DNA from: Octopus sinensis
Taxonomy: Eukaryota
Reading direction: 5' to 3'
NCBI RefSeq assembly: GCF_006345805.1
Contig: NC_042997.1
Coordinates: 204,538,001-204,602,000, forward strand
DNA length: 64,000 bases
Positions 63,691 to 64,000 of the stretch are shown here, one piece after another. Position 1 is the first letter of the stretch; every line of letters starts with the position of its first letter. The notes below the pieces were generated by a model. It ran no database searches, had not been told where the DNA came from, and saw nothing but the letters and a program-made list of their open reading frames with translations. The position numbers and the translations under genes are program-made.

Positions 63691-64000
63691 CTACAGGATA
63701 AGATGCCCTCAACTAAGAAGGGTATAGATTTGAAGAATAAGAAACTATGATAGAAGAAGGGGAGCAGATGTCTTGCTGAAGAGGTGAATACATGGCTTGC
63801 TCACCTGGAAAATAGGAAAAATGAAAATAGAGAAAGAAAGAGATGTGAGGTCCAGGCACAACATAAATGTAAAACAGAATAAGATAGAAGAGCGAAAAAG
63901 GTAGATGTATAGGTAAATATATAGATGTAGATACAGATATATATATATATGATGGGTTTCCTTCTGTTTCCCTCTACTAGATCCACTCACAAAGCTTTGG

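Overview
AT-rich, microsatellite-dense eukaryotic DNA. The repeat complement resembles a coleoid cephalopod, most likely Octopus; this is inferred from repeat families and was not database-verified. Most of the window is decayed mobile elements and simple repeats. SINEs: about 20 copies of a SINE with an RTE-type 3' tail and an internal VNTR, plus CORE-like and Meta-like tRNA-derived SINEs. LINEs: 5'-truncated CR1/L2, RTE, R4/Dong-like and HERO-like copies. Other elements: Penelope-like (PLE) remnants, Tc1/mariner and hAT derivatives, two non-autonomous Helitrons and a CpG-decayed 28S rRNA fragment. No complete protein-coding gene is visible, and almost all listed ORFs are microsatellite or TE translations. 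The only host-gene evidence is a minus-strand exon at 94-243 (MSEVSLTDRV, then a GT donor) and a CRE/ETS motif cluster at 8.0-8.3 kb. The most notable structures are: (1) recurrent fold-back palindromes of PLE terminal repeats whose apex abuts a minimal hammerhead-ribozyme core, several with non-canonical cores; (2) a tandem array of an R4/Dong-like LINE 3'UTR spaced by (AAT)n, inside a nest of such LINEs; (3) a 62-bp VNTR expansion inside a SINE; (4) further microsatellite-containing fold-back duplications.
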